From contig OX597822.1 of assembly GCA_951406725.2 (NCBI GenBank), forward strand, positions 36,518,001 through 36,582,000: 64,000 nucleotides of DNA. The letters run 5' to 3'. Source of the DNA: Octopus vulgaris. Taxonomy: Eukaryota. Below are positions 50,561-64,000 of this stretch, one piece after another. The translations under genes and the position numbers were made by a program. The first letter of the stretch is position 1. Every line of letters starts with the position of its first letter. Under the pieces are notes generated by a model. That model worked only from the letters and a program-made list of their open reading frames with translations, searched no databases and was not told the DNA's origin.

Positions 50561-53500
50561 TGTCATCCACACATATAGGCTTGCTCTTTACAGCCATGCT
50601 TTACCTCCCACATACATATATTATCTGTCCTCTGTCAAAACTCACACACCTTCTCAACACCTGCTGCTAGCTTCTCCCCTCTACTCCCCTCATGCTTCAC
50701 TGACTGCAGGCCCCTCCACTCTCGGGTGCCTATCTGCACACTGCATACCCTCAGAAATCTTCCTTACCCCACTCCCAGCCACTCTAATTTCTCTCACCAT
50801 TACCTGCTACACTTATATCTTGCCCATCTCTAAACATATCACCGAACACTCTTATGGAACATCCTCCCTCTATCCCACTTATGCTCCCCACCCACTGTTC
50901 CCTGTGTGTAGGCCTCAGTATATCTCCAACAACATCTATTTCTCTTTCTATCTATCTTTTTAATTCTTTTCCACTTTCCTTCTCCATCCTTATCGCACTG
51001 ATGTAGCCACGTATGCCTCTATAATAAAACAACTAACCCTGTCTTTCTTATTTTTAAAATTTAAAAATTTTTTTATTGTCCCCAAGGGGTAAACATAGAG
51101 GGGACAAACAAGGACAGACAAAGAGATTAAGTCAATTACATCGACCCCAGTATGTAAATGGTACTTAATTTATCGACCCTGAAAGCAAAGTTGACCTCGG
51201 CGGAATTTGAACTCAGAACGTAACAGCAGATGAAATACCGCTAAGCATTTCGCCTGGCGTGCTAATGTTTCTGTCAGCTCACCGCCTTATCCCTATCTTT
51301 CTGTTACAGTCTAACCTCTTGCCTTGCACACAGCCATATCCCTCAGTTCCATCCCCTTTCTCAACTAAGAGTTCCTTATCTTGCAAGCTACTTCGTAACC
51401 CTGCTGGTGCTATTGCTACCTAAAAAGCACCTGTGCTGTTTCCACAGAAAAAGCACCTGTGCTGGTGCTACGTAAAAATATACCCTGTACACTCTGTAAG
51501 ATGGCTAGTATTAGGAAGGGCATCCAGCCATAGAAACCATGCCAAAATGGACAAATGGAATTTGGTGCAGCTCTCCCACTTGCCAGTTCCTGCCAAACTG
51601 TCCAACCCATGCCAGTAAGGAAAACAGACGGCAAATTATGATGATGATGATGCTGATGATGAGTAAGATTTGAAGGAGATTTGATTCAGTTACTGTTTCT
51701 AGAAAATCAAGTGACTACTTTGAGACTCCTTTGTCGGCTCATAAAGCACTCTGTATATGAGTGTGTATAGTTTAGTGTACAGAGTTAAAATTGATGATGA
51801 ACAAGTAGACCTCTGGTTAAAAGACATTCCAGTTGCAACCATTCCCATCTTTTTATTGACAACATATACTTGGATTCACGTTATCCGATGTGTGCTTTTT
51901 AATGAGTGTAGGGTGTGGTTTCAGAAAAAATTTGGATTCTTTTTCCATTAGATCAAGCAACTACACAGATTTTTCTTAATTAATAAGACAAAGGTTGGTG
52001 TAACCTTTATCTAGTTACACCATTTATATATGTATTAGTGGGACCCGTGGAAATTCCACAGAATGAATTAAATTAAGAAAACCTATTTAAGAAAGAAAGG
52101 ATGATTTGCATTTTCAGTCATTCATAGTTTGGCTTTCTTTCAATATTCTTGATGTTTGTCTACATTCATTTCCTCATGTCTTCATTGGTATTGTCTTTTA
52201 CTTCTTTTTATTATATTTTTGCGCTGTTCCTCGCTGATCTGCACTCTATATCTATGCATCCTTTCTCAGGTAGCTTGCAACTGTGTTTCTTGTGAATCCA
52301 TAGTTTAGACTAAATTAACCCTTATCTGACTGGCCCTCATGCCGGTGGCACGGAAAAGCACCCACTACACTCTCGGAGTGGTTGGCGTTAGGAAGGGCAT
52401 CCAGCTGTAGAAACTCTGCCAGATTAGATTGGAGCCTGGTGCAGCCATCTGGTTCGCCAGACCTCAGTCAAATTGTCCGACCTATGCTAGTATGGAAGGC
52501 AGGCATTAAACGATGATGATGATGATGATGAAACAAATATCAATTTTTTAAGTGAGCAGATGATGAATAATTGCACCTATGTGCATGCTTTAAGCAATGG
52601 TCGCTATAAAAAAAAATTAGTTCAAGAAAAAATGCTTTTCACTACCAACACACCACCACCACCATCTTCCCACATCTCTCAATATAACTGCCTCCCTTGT
52701 CCATCTCTCTCTATCTACCTTTCCCTCCCTTTGGCTAACATTTTAACCACATAATAAGTATTCCTTCCCCACTGCACATTGCTAACACTTCTCTCTCCCT
52801 CTTGTTCTCGTGTTCTTCGCCTCTACCTTCAGCTGACCACATGACTATTTGGCCTAAGTGTAATTAATATTAATCACCTTTCTCAATTTCTTTTTCTCCT
52901 CTTTCTTCACTACTCTATCTCTCTCACTCCACCTCCACCTCTCTAACTAACTAGAGAGTGTGTGTTTATGTATATGGTCCCAAAATTAAAAAAACAAAGG
53001 TGCGGTGAGGAAATAACATAGTGTGCGTTGGCTTCATGGTTAAGAAAATTGGAGGAAATTCTTAACATTTCAAACCTGTGCTCTTCTCTCTCTCCCTCCC
53101 TCTCACTCACACACACACACACACACACATGTCTATATACATACATATATGTTTGTGTGTGTGTATATATATATATATATATGTTATTAATATTTTATGA
53201 CTTGAGAAAGGAGTGCTCAAGTTCCGCATTAGTACAATCATCAGATAACACTAACATAATTTAGTGTTGGTGGTGTAGATACATATCCATTGACATATGT
53301 GGGTGGCCTGCTACTTGAGTTGTTGCATTGGTTGTGTGTTGCATTTATGGTGTAATGTTTAATTTCATGAAATTGTAGGCGAAGGATCTTATTACTTTGT
53401 TTATGGTAAGTCGGTAGACGTAATAGTTTATTTGTATTGTTGTTGTTATTGTTATTATTATTATTCATCATTATTGTTTAACATCTGTTTTCCAGGCTGG

Positions 53501-54074
53501 TATGAGTTAGATAGTTTAACTGAGGACTGGCAAGCCAGGAGGCTGCACCAGGCTCCAATCTGATCTGGCAAGGTTTCTACAGGTGGATACCCTTCCTGAT
53601 ACCAACCACTCCAAGAGTGTAGTGGGTGCTTTTTATGTACCACCAGCATGAGAGCCAGTCGAGTGGCAATGGCATCGACCAAGTTCGGATGGTTCCTTTT
53701 ATGTGCCACCAGCACGGGAGCCAGTCAGAGGGGCACCGGCGTTGACCACATTCAGATGGTGCTTTTTACATGCCACTGGCATGGGGAGCCAATCAGGTAG
53801 CACTGGCATCAACCCACGCTTGAATGGTACTCAGTCAGGCAGTATTGGCATCAGCCACAACTACGTTCATCATCATTATTAAGGTGGTGAGCTGGCAGAA
53901 TCATTAGCATGTCGGGCAAAAATGCGTACTGGCATTTCGTCTGTCTTTACAGTTCTAAGTTCAAATTCCTCTGAGGTCGACTTTGCCTTTCATCCTTTCA
54001 AGGTTGATGAATTAAGTACCAGTGAAATACTCGGATCGATGTAAATTTCAAGCCTTGTGCCTATAGGAGAGAGG

Positions 54075-54112
<38 letters not shown>

Positions 54113-54278
54113 CATTATTATTATTATTATCATATTATTATTATTATCATTATTATTATTATTATCATTATTATTATTATTATCATTATTATTATTATCA
54201 TTATTATTATTATTATCATTATTATTATTATTATCATTATTATTATTATCATTATTATTATCATTATTATTATTATTA

Positions 54279-54310
<32 letters not shown>
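54075..54310. repeat. (ATT)n/(ATC) trinucleotide array forming a SINE tail
   Basis: Directly visible; follows the family 2 SINE at 53882-54075. Confidence 0.95.
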
Positions 54311-54311
<1 letters not shown>

Positions 54312-54574
54312 TATCCATTTTTTTATTTAGTTTCACCTCTGTGTATGTATGTGTGTAATATTTCAGTTGCCTGTTCTGCAGGTGTTTATTTAAAAAAAGG
54401 ATGTGCATATTTCTAAGGCCTATGTGTGTGTGTGTGTAAGGTATTTTGTATTTTTGTAAAGAAATGTATATACATGGGTGGGTAGTTCATGTGGTCAGTT
54501 GGTTTGCTATTTTTCAGGATGAAATACATCCCTGGTCAGTAGTTTTATTTATTTATTTCAGTGATGCTTTCCTC

Positions 54575-54605
<31 letters not shown>

Positions 54606-55266
54606 TTTTTCAGCTGAATGCTTTGAACAGATTTATTTGGAAAAGTAGTTAAGAGTTTATTTCTAATGAATGTTTTATCTCAAAAGAAGACACCGCATTC
54701 ATGAGAAACACACTCTTCAAAACACAACACTGAATTTTACTGTTAGAATTTAAAATTAACTGAAACAGTCCACTTATTAGAAAGCATTAACCTGAACTAC
54801 ATAAACAATTGTACTGCTGAGTATGATTAAATATGAATATTTTTATTTGGTAAGCATAACTTATCAGAACACAAATAAATCAAAACCTATTTTCGCCTTG
54901 ACATAGATTACATGCAGATTATAAATCTAAGTAAACAAAAACTCGGAAATACAAGTCCTGTTGTTAAATAAATACGATAACAATCCTTCTTGAGTCATAT
55001 AGACCCATAGAACTCGTTTCCTGGTTTCCATGGCATGTATATTCCCCACTGGATGGGACGCCAGTCCATTACAGGATTACTCACTTTTGCTCTCTGAGTA
55101 GACTGGAGCAACATGAAATGAAGTGTTTTGCTCAAGAACACAGTGCATTGCCCAGTCCAGGAAGTGAAACTATGATCTTATGATCATGTATTGAACACCC
55201 TAACCACTAAGCCACACACCTTGACAAGTCTTGCTGTTGGAATCATGAATTCCTAATATTAAGCTC

Positions 55267-55525
55267 TTCAAAATTTTGGCCAAGGTGCTAGCAACGAGGT
55301 TGGCACTTGTGGCAGGTCTGATTGGTGATACATAAGCATGCAACATCCCAAACAGATCTATCCACAACAACCTCCACCTTATGTGATGCATCATAGAGAG
55401 GGTGAGTAAAGAACCTGGCATAGGTTGGGACCTGATCAATTCGGATCACTCAAAAGTCTTTAATAGGGTTGACCACCAATACTTGGTGGCTATTCTCAAG
55501 GCAGTTGGTTTCAGTCCCATCTTTA
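55267..55525 (+). mobile_element. L1/Tx1-clade reverse transcriptase fragment
   Basis: FKILAKVLATRL..LIGDT*ACNIPNRSIHNNLHLM*..LINSDHSKVFNRVDHQYL..GF matches the KILAKVLANRL..GRSI.DN..LD..KAFDRVDH pattern; two stops. Confidence 0.8.
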
Positions 55526-56687
55526 TTTGCTAACACTTTAAAATCTGCATTTAGCAGAGTTACAGGCCTAAAATTATCGTATTTGATCCTCTTTGTTTGG
55601 GTCATTTCTCAGCAACTCACTAAACTTGGAATGATTCTGCTCAGCTGTCAGTTGTGGTTGATATCTGTCAAGAGGTTTCCAAACAAGTTTGGCATTTAAA
55701 AGTAAAGCACATATAGCAAACTATGCAAACCAGGTGATTTGCTGCCATGAAAACAGTCATTACTTCCCATATTTGTACATTTGTACATTACTGCATATGC
55801 TTTATACACACTTTTGACAAGTTGTGGTGCACCTGAACACTTATATACAATAATTTCATTATATTATATTTTTGCAGTTGTTATTGTCTCTTTGCAACAC
55901 TCCACCTACCTTGCTGAGAGACTCAGCAGACCATCAAGGAAGGCACTGAAATCTATCCAGTATTCCAGTCTGTCATTCATCCCAAACAGTTGAGCAAGTG
56001 AAGTGTTGCTGAAATGCCATATGCATCTGCATGGGCTTGAATAGCATGTGCCCATCATGGTCTATCAAAAACTAAATTGTGGCTATTGCCACATTGCACC
56101 CCAATCATTTGGGTCCATTCTGTAGCTTTTGCCCCCTCATATCATACGTCATCTTTAACGCCCTCTGCTATTATTCTCATCACCCCTCACATCTACCATC
56201 AAGGCCACTGCTTTTGTTTACCTCTATGTACCTCTGACTCTTTCCCTGTCTCACCTTTTGTATCATCTCCCTATTTTCTGATCTGTCTACAGGCTTTCCT
56301 CATTTTTTTTTATCTATCTACAAGTTTATTATACTGTTGCTCTCCATATATTTGTTTGTCTCCCACCACTGTTTGACAACCAGCATGGCTGCAATGCAAT
56401 AACTGGAACAAGTAAAAGATAAAAGAAGATAAAAACATATATATCTAACATAGAAAATTATTGTTGCATTTTGACTCTACAATAACCTGGAATTCATCTG
56501 AACTCCCAAAGTAGGCAAGAGGCCATTTGTATAACTGGAGTAATGATTATTGTAATTGTTTATCATTTCACAATGTGATATGGTTTTATGATCTTAAGAC
56601 TTTCCCAGCTGTAGAGACATATTTGTTTGAGTCTCTCTATATAAAAAATTTTGGAATGTTTACTGTTCTTTAATTCAGATTATATTT

Positions 56688-56780
56688 GTAGGTGATGGTC
56701 ATATGGTTCTGTGATGTAAAGGATGATCATATGGTTCTGTGATGTAGGTGATGACCATATGGTTCTGTGATGTAAAGTGA
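56688..56780. repeat. Three copies of a 28-30-bp minisatellite
   Basis: catatggttctgtgatgta occurs three times. Confidence 0.9.
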
Positions 56781-57789
56781 AGAGAGAATTATGGTGGTCT
56801 TACCTGTCGGTCCAGAAAAAGGGTCACTTTCAACATCCACGTGCTATCCTGATCTCCAAGGTTCACTCTACATCCATGTGTGCTATATGTCGCGTCGCTG
56901 TACAATCTCACACGTCTGCTCTGATGTGCTGTTCGCTGCCAACTGACCCTCGTGCTTCACTAAATGCCGCATGTCCACCGCAGCACTTCTGGTGAGATCT
57001 ACAGACCCCACTTCCGACAGGACATGCCTACTCCCTCACTTCCAATCCTTCTCTATAACACCACAGGTTCAATACCTAAAAAGTATAGTCAGTTTATGAC
57101 TCTTCTTTAAGCCAACAGCACAAAGGTGCATGTAAATGTTATTATATATAAGCAATGTTTATATGCAGCAGTTTTTCATTTCTTACCTTGTAAAAATCAC
57201 CTGTTCCAATGCAAACATCTTATTGACAATATGCAACTGATTATTCTATAGATATGTAACTACATCTTTTTTCTCTTGTTTTCATTTACAGTTTATATAC
57301 AATTTTGTATGATTTATTAAAAGATGAGATGTTGATGCTCTATGAAACAAACTGAAATAAACAGCTCTCTTGCTTCAGTGAAATATTCATATTTTTTTTC
57401 ATCTAATCAAATGCCAAATTAAGATTATAATATTTGAGGAAATTTTCTAAGCAATTTCTTTCTTTTTATTTTTTTGGTTTGGCTAATTAATGAAGTTATA
57501 TATTTAGCAGTTTCATCAATTGATTACTTAGTTATTTTAGTATTATGCAAAGTGTTAAATAATTTGTAAAGTGAAGAAAAAATGAGTAAGAGTCTCCCAT
57601 CGTAAGGTAAGTCAAGGATATTTAATGATCCCCTGAACTAAACAGATTTATGTTGTTTAGGGAAGTGATATTTCAGAATGACAGAACACAATATTTAAAT
57701 ATTCCTTTACATAAAAAAAAGCATTCCCTCACATAAGGATATTCTTGTAAATAATTGCCTCTTGATGTGCCTCAGTCATGGCTCTTATT

Positions 57790-58076
57790 TTGTGATATGA
57801 TCATGAAAAATGTTTAACTTTTTAGAAGCTATAGGCATCTTACCCTGAGATTATTTCAGTTGTGTCCTTCAAAACTTCCATGCTTCCTGAGATTCGCCAA
57901 CACTACACTTGATTTTCTCCCCTCCATACACACACAAGCATGTATCTGACTCATACACTGTTCACTTTCCAGACATTTTTACATTACTGCATGTACTTTA
58001 TGTGCACTTTCTGACAAGTTGTGGTGCACCTGAGCACTGTATACAATAATTTCATTATTATTATTATTATTATTAT
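57790..58076 (+). mobile_element. LINE 3' end with (ATT)n tail; second copy at about 55770-55870
   Basis: Shared ..ttgacaagttgtggtgcacctgagcactgtatacaataatttc(att)n terminus in two dispersed copies. Confidence 0.6.
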
Positions 58077-59464
58077 GTGAACTGGTAAAGAGGATGTTTA
58101 GCATATAACAGTATATTTTAAAATAATGAAGATGAAACTAATTGAAATACAAATTTATTATTTTGATATAGATTTCATGCCAAAATATTTACTTAATTCA
58201 TTTATTATGCTCTTGCTAAACAGATCATTATTTTCTTATGTTCAAAGTAGAAATCAATTAATATGAAGTTAAGTCTAAAAGAATATGTTGCTACTATTTG
58301 TGGAGGTGAACATCAAAATAGCTTGGTAATACAATATTGTTTGTATAATGTTGAAACGTGTTTAGTTTAATCTTTCTAACCATGGAACAAGGAAGATGCT
58401 CATTGTTTGACTCAAATAAGGGATTATACCACTAGAAATATACTTCTTCAGATTTAGGGTTTGATAAGGACCAAGGGAAGATAATTTTATTATTAACATC
58501 CTGGGAAACCTTTGATAAAACTTTTGCTGAACAATTATCAAGATTTAGGACATTTTATGATTCAGATATATTTTGATTCTTTTTTATTCTTTATTGCAGC
58601 AGTCACTTCAATTTCAGTTGGATTGTTAATAGTGGAACAATGCTTTGTGGACAGGTCAAGTACCCTAGAATACATGAAAGTTTTACAAAATGATTCTGGT
58701 GCTACATCAGATTTACAATTGTCTCCTTGAAATGCTTCATTGGTAGAAACAATAGTGAAATTCATCAGACAAAGTAAGTTGTAGAATAAATAGAAAATGT
58801 GTTATCCTTGGAAAATAACAAGTAAACTTTTCAAAATTACATATTATTATAAATTTATGCTGTATTCAATTATATAACCACATGGAAGAAATTTCAGTCA
58901 AATTTAACATGCGTCCTTATTTTTATTAAATATTTTCCATTAATTGAGTATAGTACATAAAAGTTACCCACTTTTAAAGTGATTAGTACAATTAAAAGAA
59001 AAGAGTTGTGAAAGAAGGTTCTTTGATTGATAAAAACTGGACATATAATTACTTTTTCAGAGAAGTAAAGAAATGGAAAGATTCAGTCACAATTTATTGA
59101 AAGTACAACCTGCAATGCCGCTTACAAAGAAAATGAAACCACACATCAAAAGTGAGTTTGTCAAAGAGTTGAGGCAGCACAAATTGTTTGAGGTTAGTCT
59201 CTGATGCTTTTGTTTCAAAGATGGTTAAGTGTAGCTGTGTGTAAGTGGTGTAATAGTACCTCACGAACAATTAATAGTAACTTTTAATTTACTGCACAAA
59301 TAAATTCTCCTGTTGGTTATGAATTGGTCACGAATTGCAACAATAAAGTCAACACGCTGGGAAGCTTTTACAAATAGTTGAGTCAGAAGGCTCTGTAAAT
59401 AAGCTGCCAAGACAAGAGAAAATATACCAAGCTGGGTTCATGAGAGCAAACTATGACTACTGTC

Positions 59465-59839
59465 TACAAGGTTGAGTAAATAGCCATTAGAATGACTTTT
59501 AAAAGCAACAAGTGAAGGAATTGGTCAGTCTCTGTGCAAATAAACTTAGAAAGAGTGGAGACAACATTTTGCTTGGACATCTTCGACACTGCAAATTTGG
59601 TGCTCAAAACACCTATTTATAACTCTTGTAAGGAAATGTTTTAGGGGCTATTTACAAGGTTGAGTAAATAGCCATTAGAATGACTTTTAAAAGCAACAAG
59701 TGAAGGAATTGGTCAGTCTCTGTGCAAATAAACTTAGAAAGAGTGGAGACAACATTTTGCTTGGACATCTTCGACACTCTGCAAATTTGGTGCTCAAAAC
59801 ACCTATTTATAACTCTTGTAAGGAAATGTTTTAGGGGCT
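59465..59839. repeat. Recent tandem duplication, 188-bp period, two copies
   Basis: tacaaggttgagtaaatagcc...ttaggggct at 59465 and 59653; the copies differ by a 2-bp CT indel. Confidence 0.95.
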
Positions 59840-61080
59840 TCTAGAATGATTTATCACATGATGTCTGGCTGCTGATTAATCCATAACTTGGCTGCTCATA
59901 TGAACAAACTGTTGCTATACCATGATTTTGACATAGCAATTTGACAATTCAGTTTTAAGTCTTGCTACAGTTTAAAATAAATGCCTATTGGTGTTCAAAT
60001 ATCCTTGAAACAAGCAGTATCATAATTTGTGTTTTATTTGATAGATGTAGATGAAATAACAGACACAGCAATTACAGCTCAGTTATATTTGTCCAATTTC
60101 ATAATGCAAAAATATTTGTTTTGAAATTGATTCAGGAGGCAACTAGAGGTGAACATCTTATTACTAAGGGTAAATCAGCAATAGTTGATTTCAAAAGATA
60201 ATTTAGTGTTGTTATGTATTGTAGGAACTGAAAAAGGATTTGTTGCCTAGATTAAGAAATAACTATAAAATCATCAGTTAGATTCTAATACTTTCTCATT
60301 CTAATAGCATATCTTTATCATATTCACCATCAAAATCCTGTCAACAAGAATGTGATGCTAACAATATGAATTATAATATTGCACAAAAGAGGATTTAAAC
60401 AGTGAAAGGTTTTAAAGTGGAATATGGTGATTTCATTTATCATTCTGAAGTTCACTGGCTTCAAATATTTCTATGAAGAGTTTAATAGAATTTAAAGGTT
60501 ATTCATCATTATCATCATCATCATCATTTTAATGTTCACTTTTCCATGCTTGCATAGGTTGGATGAAATGAATGACATTGCTTGTATGAGAGTGAGAATC
60601 ATGTGACAACAATCATGTGATGTCAAGACAAGAAGATACAAACATGCAGGTTGTTCAGGCTAAATTTGATGATCTTTTTTTGATTTCATTTTTCACGAAC
60701 AGCTTGATACATTGCTGGACAGTCAGCTGCATTGGAAAGCATAAAGACTAAAACTGTAATTGAGAAAAAATTAGCTGACATGGAGGATGAAGGACTGGAA
60801 GCCATCTGAACATTGTGCCAAGTAACAAAATATCAATATCATGACTTGCTCAATGCTCTGTTTATATGGTAAAGGCTGTAAAATGTGGCATGGATAGCTG
60901 CAATGGAGACTACAATGATATGGCTGGCAGGAAGGGTCACAGCAAGTATTCTGGCTGCAACTTCAAATTGCTGTCTTCCATCTTATATGTTCCGTAATCG
61001 TTTGCTCTTTTCAGCCATGCCACCAAAATGAAGACATACGCATTTATCTCCACAAACAAGGACCACAAAGAAAATTGCCT

Positions 61081-62241
61081 CTATTCAAGCTCAAGAAAAC
61101 TCACTTCAGCGATGCCCAAATGTGTAATATTTGAAAATGATCACTGACGGTAGAAATTCTGCTCTAAACTACACTTATTGTCTGGGATGAATGCATGATG
61201 GCACACTGTAGTACACTAGAAGCCCAAGATAAGTTACTAAGGGATATTAGAAACGTTACTGCCATTGTGAAGGGCTTAACTGTTGTCCTCACAGGGGATT
61301 TCTGTCAAATGTTACCAATCATACCACGGGGTACACGAGCTGATGACATTTATGTGTGTCTGAAGTTTTCACCTCTGTGGAGGTTTCTTCATCAGCTTTC
61401 ATTAAGCAATATTATGCGAGCTCATTTCTACAATGACCTCTTAGCTGCGAAATTCTTTCATCAACTTCTACTAATTGGAAATGGCACTTTACCATTGACT
61501 AACATCCTGCAACAGTATGCATTGCAATATGGGCACATGGTGTCTACATTGACTGAGCTTAAAGAAAAGATATTTCCCACATTGCAAGATAACTTCAAAA
61601 ACATAGCATGGTTCGCAGAGAGAGCTATTTTAACACCTCAGAATGAAAGTGTTGATAAAGTAATCCATGAACTCCTCCACATTCTACCTGCAGTTGTTTC
61701 AACGTTTGTCTCCATTGATACAACCATCGACAAGCATGCCACTGTTGACTATCCAGTTGAATTTTTCAACTCTCTGCAAATCACAGGACTGCCACCGCAT
61801 TAGTTTTTCCTAAAGAAAGGTTCACCTATCATGCCCTTGAGGAATTTCGACCTACCACGACTATGCAATGGTACATGGTTGACTGTAACTACAATGACAA
61901 GTCATGTCCTACAAGCAATCATTATTGCCGGCTGTCATCGAGGAGAGATCGCATACATTCCACGCATGCCCCTTATTCACTCAAATGTGTCATTTCAATT
62001 CAAGTGCCTCCAGTTCCCAGTGCAATTATGCTTCGCTATGACAATCAACAAAGCTCAGGGTCAAACTTTAAAAATTGTGGGTTTCAATTTACAAATACCC
62101 TGCTTTTCTCATGGACAACTATATATCGCATGCTCTCGAGTTAGCAGTGCAGATGACTTGTATATTTATTCTATCAATACTAGGCTTATGCAAAATATAG
62201 TTTACCCGGAAGCATTGTCGGTTTCACTTAATATATATTGA
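61081..62241 (+). pseudogene. Helitron-type Pif1 helicase pseudogene
   Basis: Single frame: LIVWDECMM (Walker B), GDFCQMLP, TGLPPH*, PIMPLRN..LCNGT, QFPVQLCFAMTINKAQGQT..CFSHGQLYIACSRV. In-frame TAG at 61801 and stops upstream of 61171. Confidence 0.9.
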
Positions 62242-63729
62242 AGTGTGCAGTCTGCCCAAACATTAGAGATGATGCTTTTCACAATGAAGCAGCTTTCTTT
62301 CCATGGACCTTACTTCCTTATTTCTTTATTGCCCACAAGGGGCTAAACATAGAGGGGACAAACAAGGACAGACAAAAGAATTAAGTCGATTACATCAACC
62401 CCAGTGTGTAACTGGTACTTAATTTATCAACCCCGAAAGGATGAAAAGCGAAGTCGATCTCGGTGGAATTTGAACTCAGAACGTAACAGCAGGCGAAATA
62501 CCGTTAAGCACTTCGCCCAGCGTGCTAACGTTTCTGCCAGCTCGCCGCCTTACTTTCTGCAATACAGATACCTCTATGTCCTCATATGTCATCCAATTCT
62601 TTTAATTTCTTAGGTATATTGGGACTTATTTTTAACACTCTGACATGAAATAAAATTATTTCATGTGGTCAGGTACCATTCTCAAACCAACAGCCAAAGT
62701 CTATTTGTAGTGAATAAGAAACACCTTTATATTGCTCTACTCGACCCACCTACCACAACAGAACTGAGATCCTAAAACCAAGGTGCTATGTAAAAAGCAG
62801 TACATTGTGGAGTGGTTGGTATTAGGAAGGGCATCTAGTCGTAGAAACCAAGCCAAAACAGACTATGGAACCTGGCCTTGCAAGTTTCTTTCAAGCTGTC
62901 CAACCCATGCCAGCACAAAAAATAGATGTTGAATGTTGATGATGATTAATTTTTGATTCAGAAAAAGACTTACTGTAATGTTCTGTTCTTCAGTCATCAT
63001 GTCAATTCACTCTAATGATGTAGATGTAAATTATCCACGAAGATGTATCAACGAAATATACATGCTGAAATGAATCTGCCGACCAAAGAACTCTTTTACA
63101 TGCATATAATATAGAACATTCATTTTTAACTGAACATTTTCATCCTACACTTTATATCATACATCAACCTTCATCGAAGGGAAACAACTCTGTTAACTTG
63201 TCTTAGAAAAATAGTATTGACATGACAAATGAAACTATAACAATGTCAGCTACCAGAAAGAAACCTCATTCTCAAACCAAGAACTAAATGAAATTTTTTA
63301 TAACCATTATTCACTGTGAACAGCCTTTAGCTGTTGGTTGGCAGTGGTACCTGGCCAAGAGGTTGAATAATACTGCTACATGTCAAATGCAGGTTTCATC
63401 ATAATCAAGCAGAAATTTCAATGAGTTTCTCGCCTAGACAAAACTCCTTAAAATAAATCACTATTGTGTATAATTATAAGTTCAATTAACAACATTAATG
63501 TTACAATATAGTGACTGATTTTTATTTCTGTTCAGTGTATGTGTCTTGACACAAAGGCTAAGAGATCCAGGAGCAAGACATTAGTCATATTCAAATTCTA
63601 GTTCTGTGGTTTTTATGTAAACCCTGAGCAAAGCATCTTTAATTGTCCCAGTTTAATTGATCAAAAAGCAGACTCATGCCCGTGTCCTACCTTATCCCGT
63701 TTGGTACCCAATAAAAGGAAGGTATTTCA

Positions 63730-63999
63730 CTAGATAACACTACACCAGAGCCTGGTGCCAACATCCAGCTGACATTTTGCCTGAACATGTGGGCCTTCTC
63801 TAAAAAGAATATTGATAATAGCTGGTGTTGCTTTGATAGCATTCATATCATGCGATCTGAGCAGGCCAATAAAGGGCCAACACATAGAAGCCATCTTCTC
63901 AAAACTCTCATTCTGCTCCAAACATCTGATGAACTGAATGCATCTCAAGTACTTGTCATGTAGAGCTAAGTCAGACTCATCATCATCATTGTGACTTCT
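63730..63999 (-). CDS. C-terminal part (89 aa or more) of an unidentified protein ending in CaaX motif CSVI; open to window edge
   Basis: Frame is open from the window end: RSHNDDDESDLALHDKYLRCIQFIRCLEQ...DVGTRLWCSVI*. Non-repetitive and balanced in composition within otherwise stop-rich DNA. Family not recognised. Confidence 0.4.
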   Translation of the reverse strand, partial: RSHNDDDESDLALHDKYLRCIQFIRCLEQNESFEKMASMCWPFIGLLRSHDMNAIKATPAIINILFREGPHVQAKCQLDVGTRLWCSVI

Positions 64000-64000
64000 A

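Noticed and set aside
50499-50963. 154-aa ORF
   Set aside because: Starts inside an RTE fragment and runs through low-complexity C/T-rich sequence.
54057-54416. Poly-Ile/Leu membrane-protein-like ORF
   Set aside because: Translation of the (ATT)n/(ATC) array.

Overview
AT-rich, repeat-dense eukaryotic (animal) genomic DNA. The tRNA-SINE, RTE and Penelope repeat set and the large (TA)n arrays fit an octopod cephalopod (inference from recalled repeat families, not verified). Two host genes are recognisable, both on the minus strand: the first coding exon of GBF1 (6376-6480) and a complete single-exon MED29/intersex ORF (36572-37051). A third, unidentified minus-strand reading frame enters from the right edge and ends in a CaaX box (CSVI). 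Three CpG-richer promoter-like zones lie at about 8.3-8.9, 18.6-19.1 and 43.3-43.6 kb. The rest is mobile-element debris: RTE, CR1/L2 and Tx1 LINE fragments, at least three tRNA-derived SINE families, a decayed 5S rRNA copy, a DD37D Tc1/mariner remnant, a Helitron Pif1 helicase pseudogene, a non-autonomous Helitron, and hAT and piggyBac MITEs. The most interesting layer is RNA structure. There are five hammerhead-ribozyme motifs, including a divergent pair at 11.4-11.7 kb and three minimal Penelope-type ones, tied to Penelope by a 'DIVIKPADKGG' RT remnant. There are also four long DNA hairpins and a tandemly amplified putative H-type pseudoknot in the RTE 3' UTR. Most ORFs in the supplied track are microsatellite or repeat artefacts. 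No wholly new system can be proven from sequence alone.
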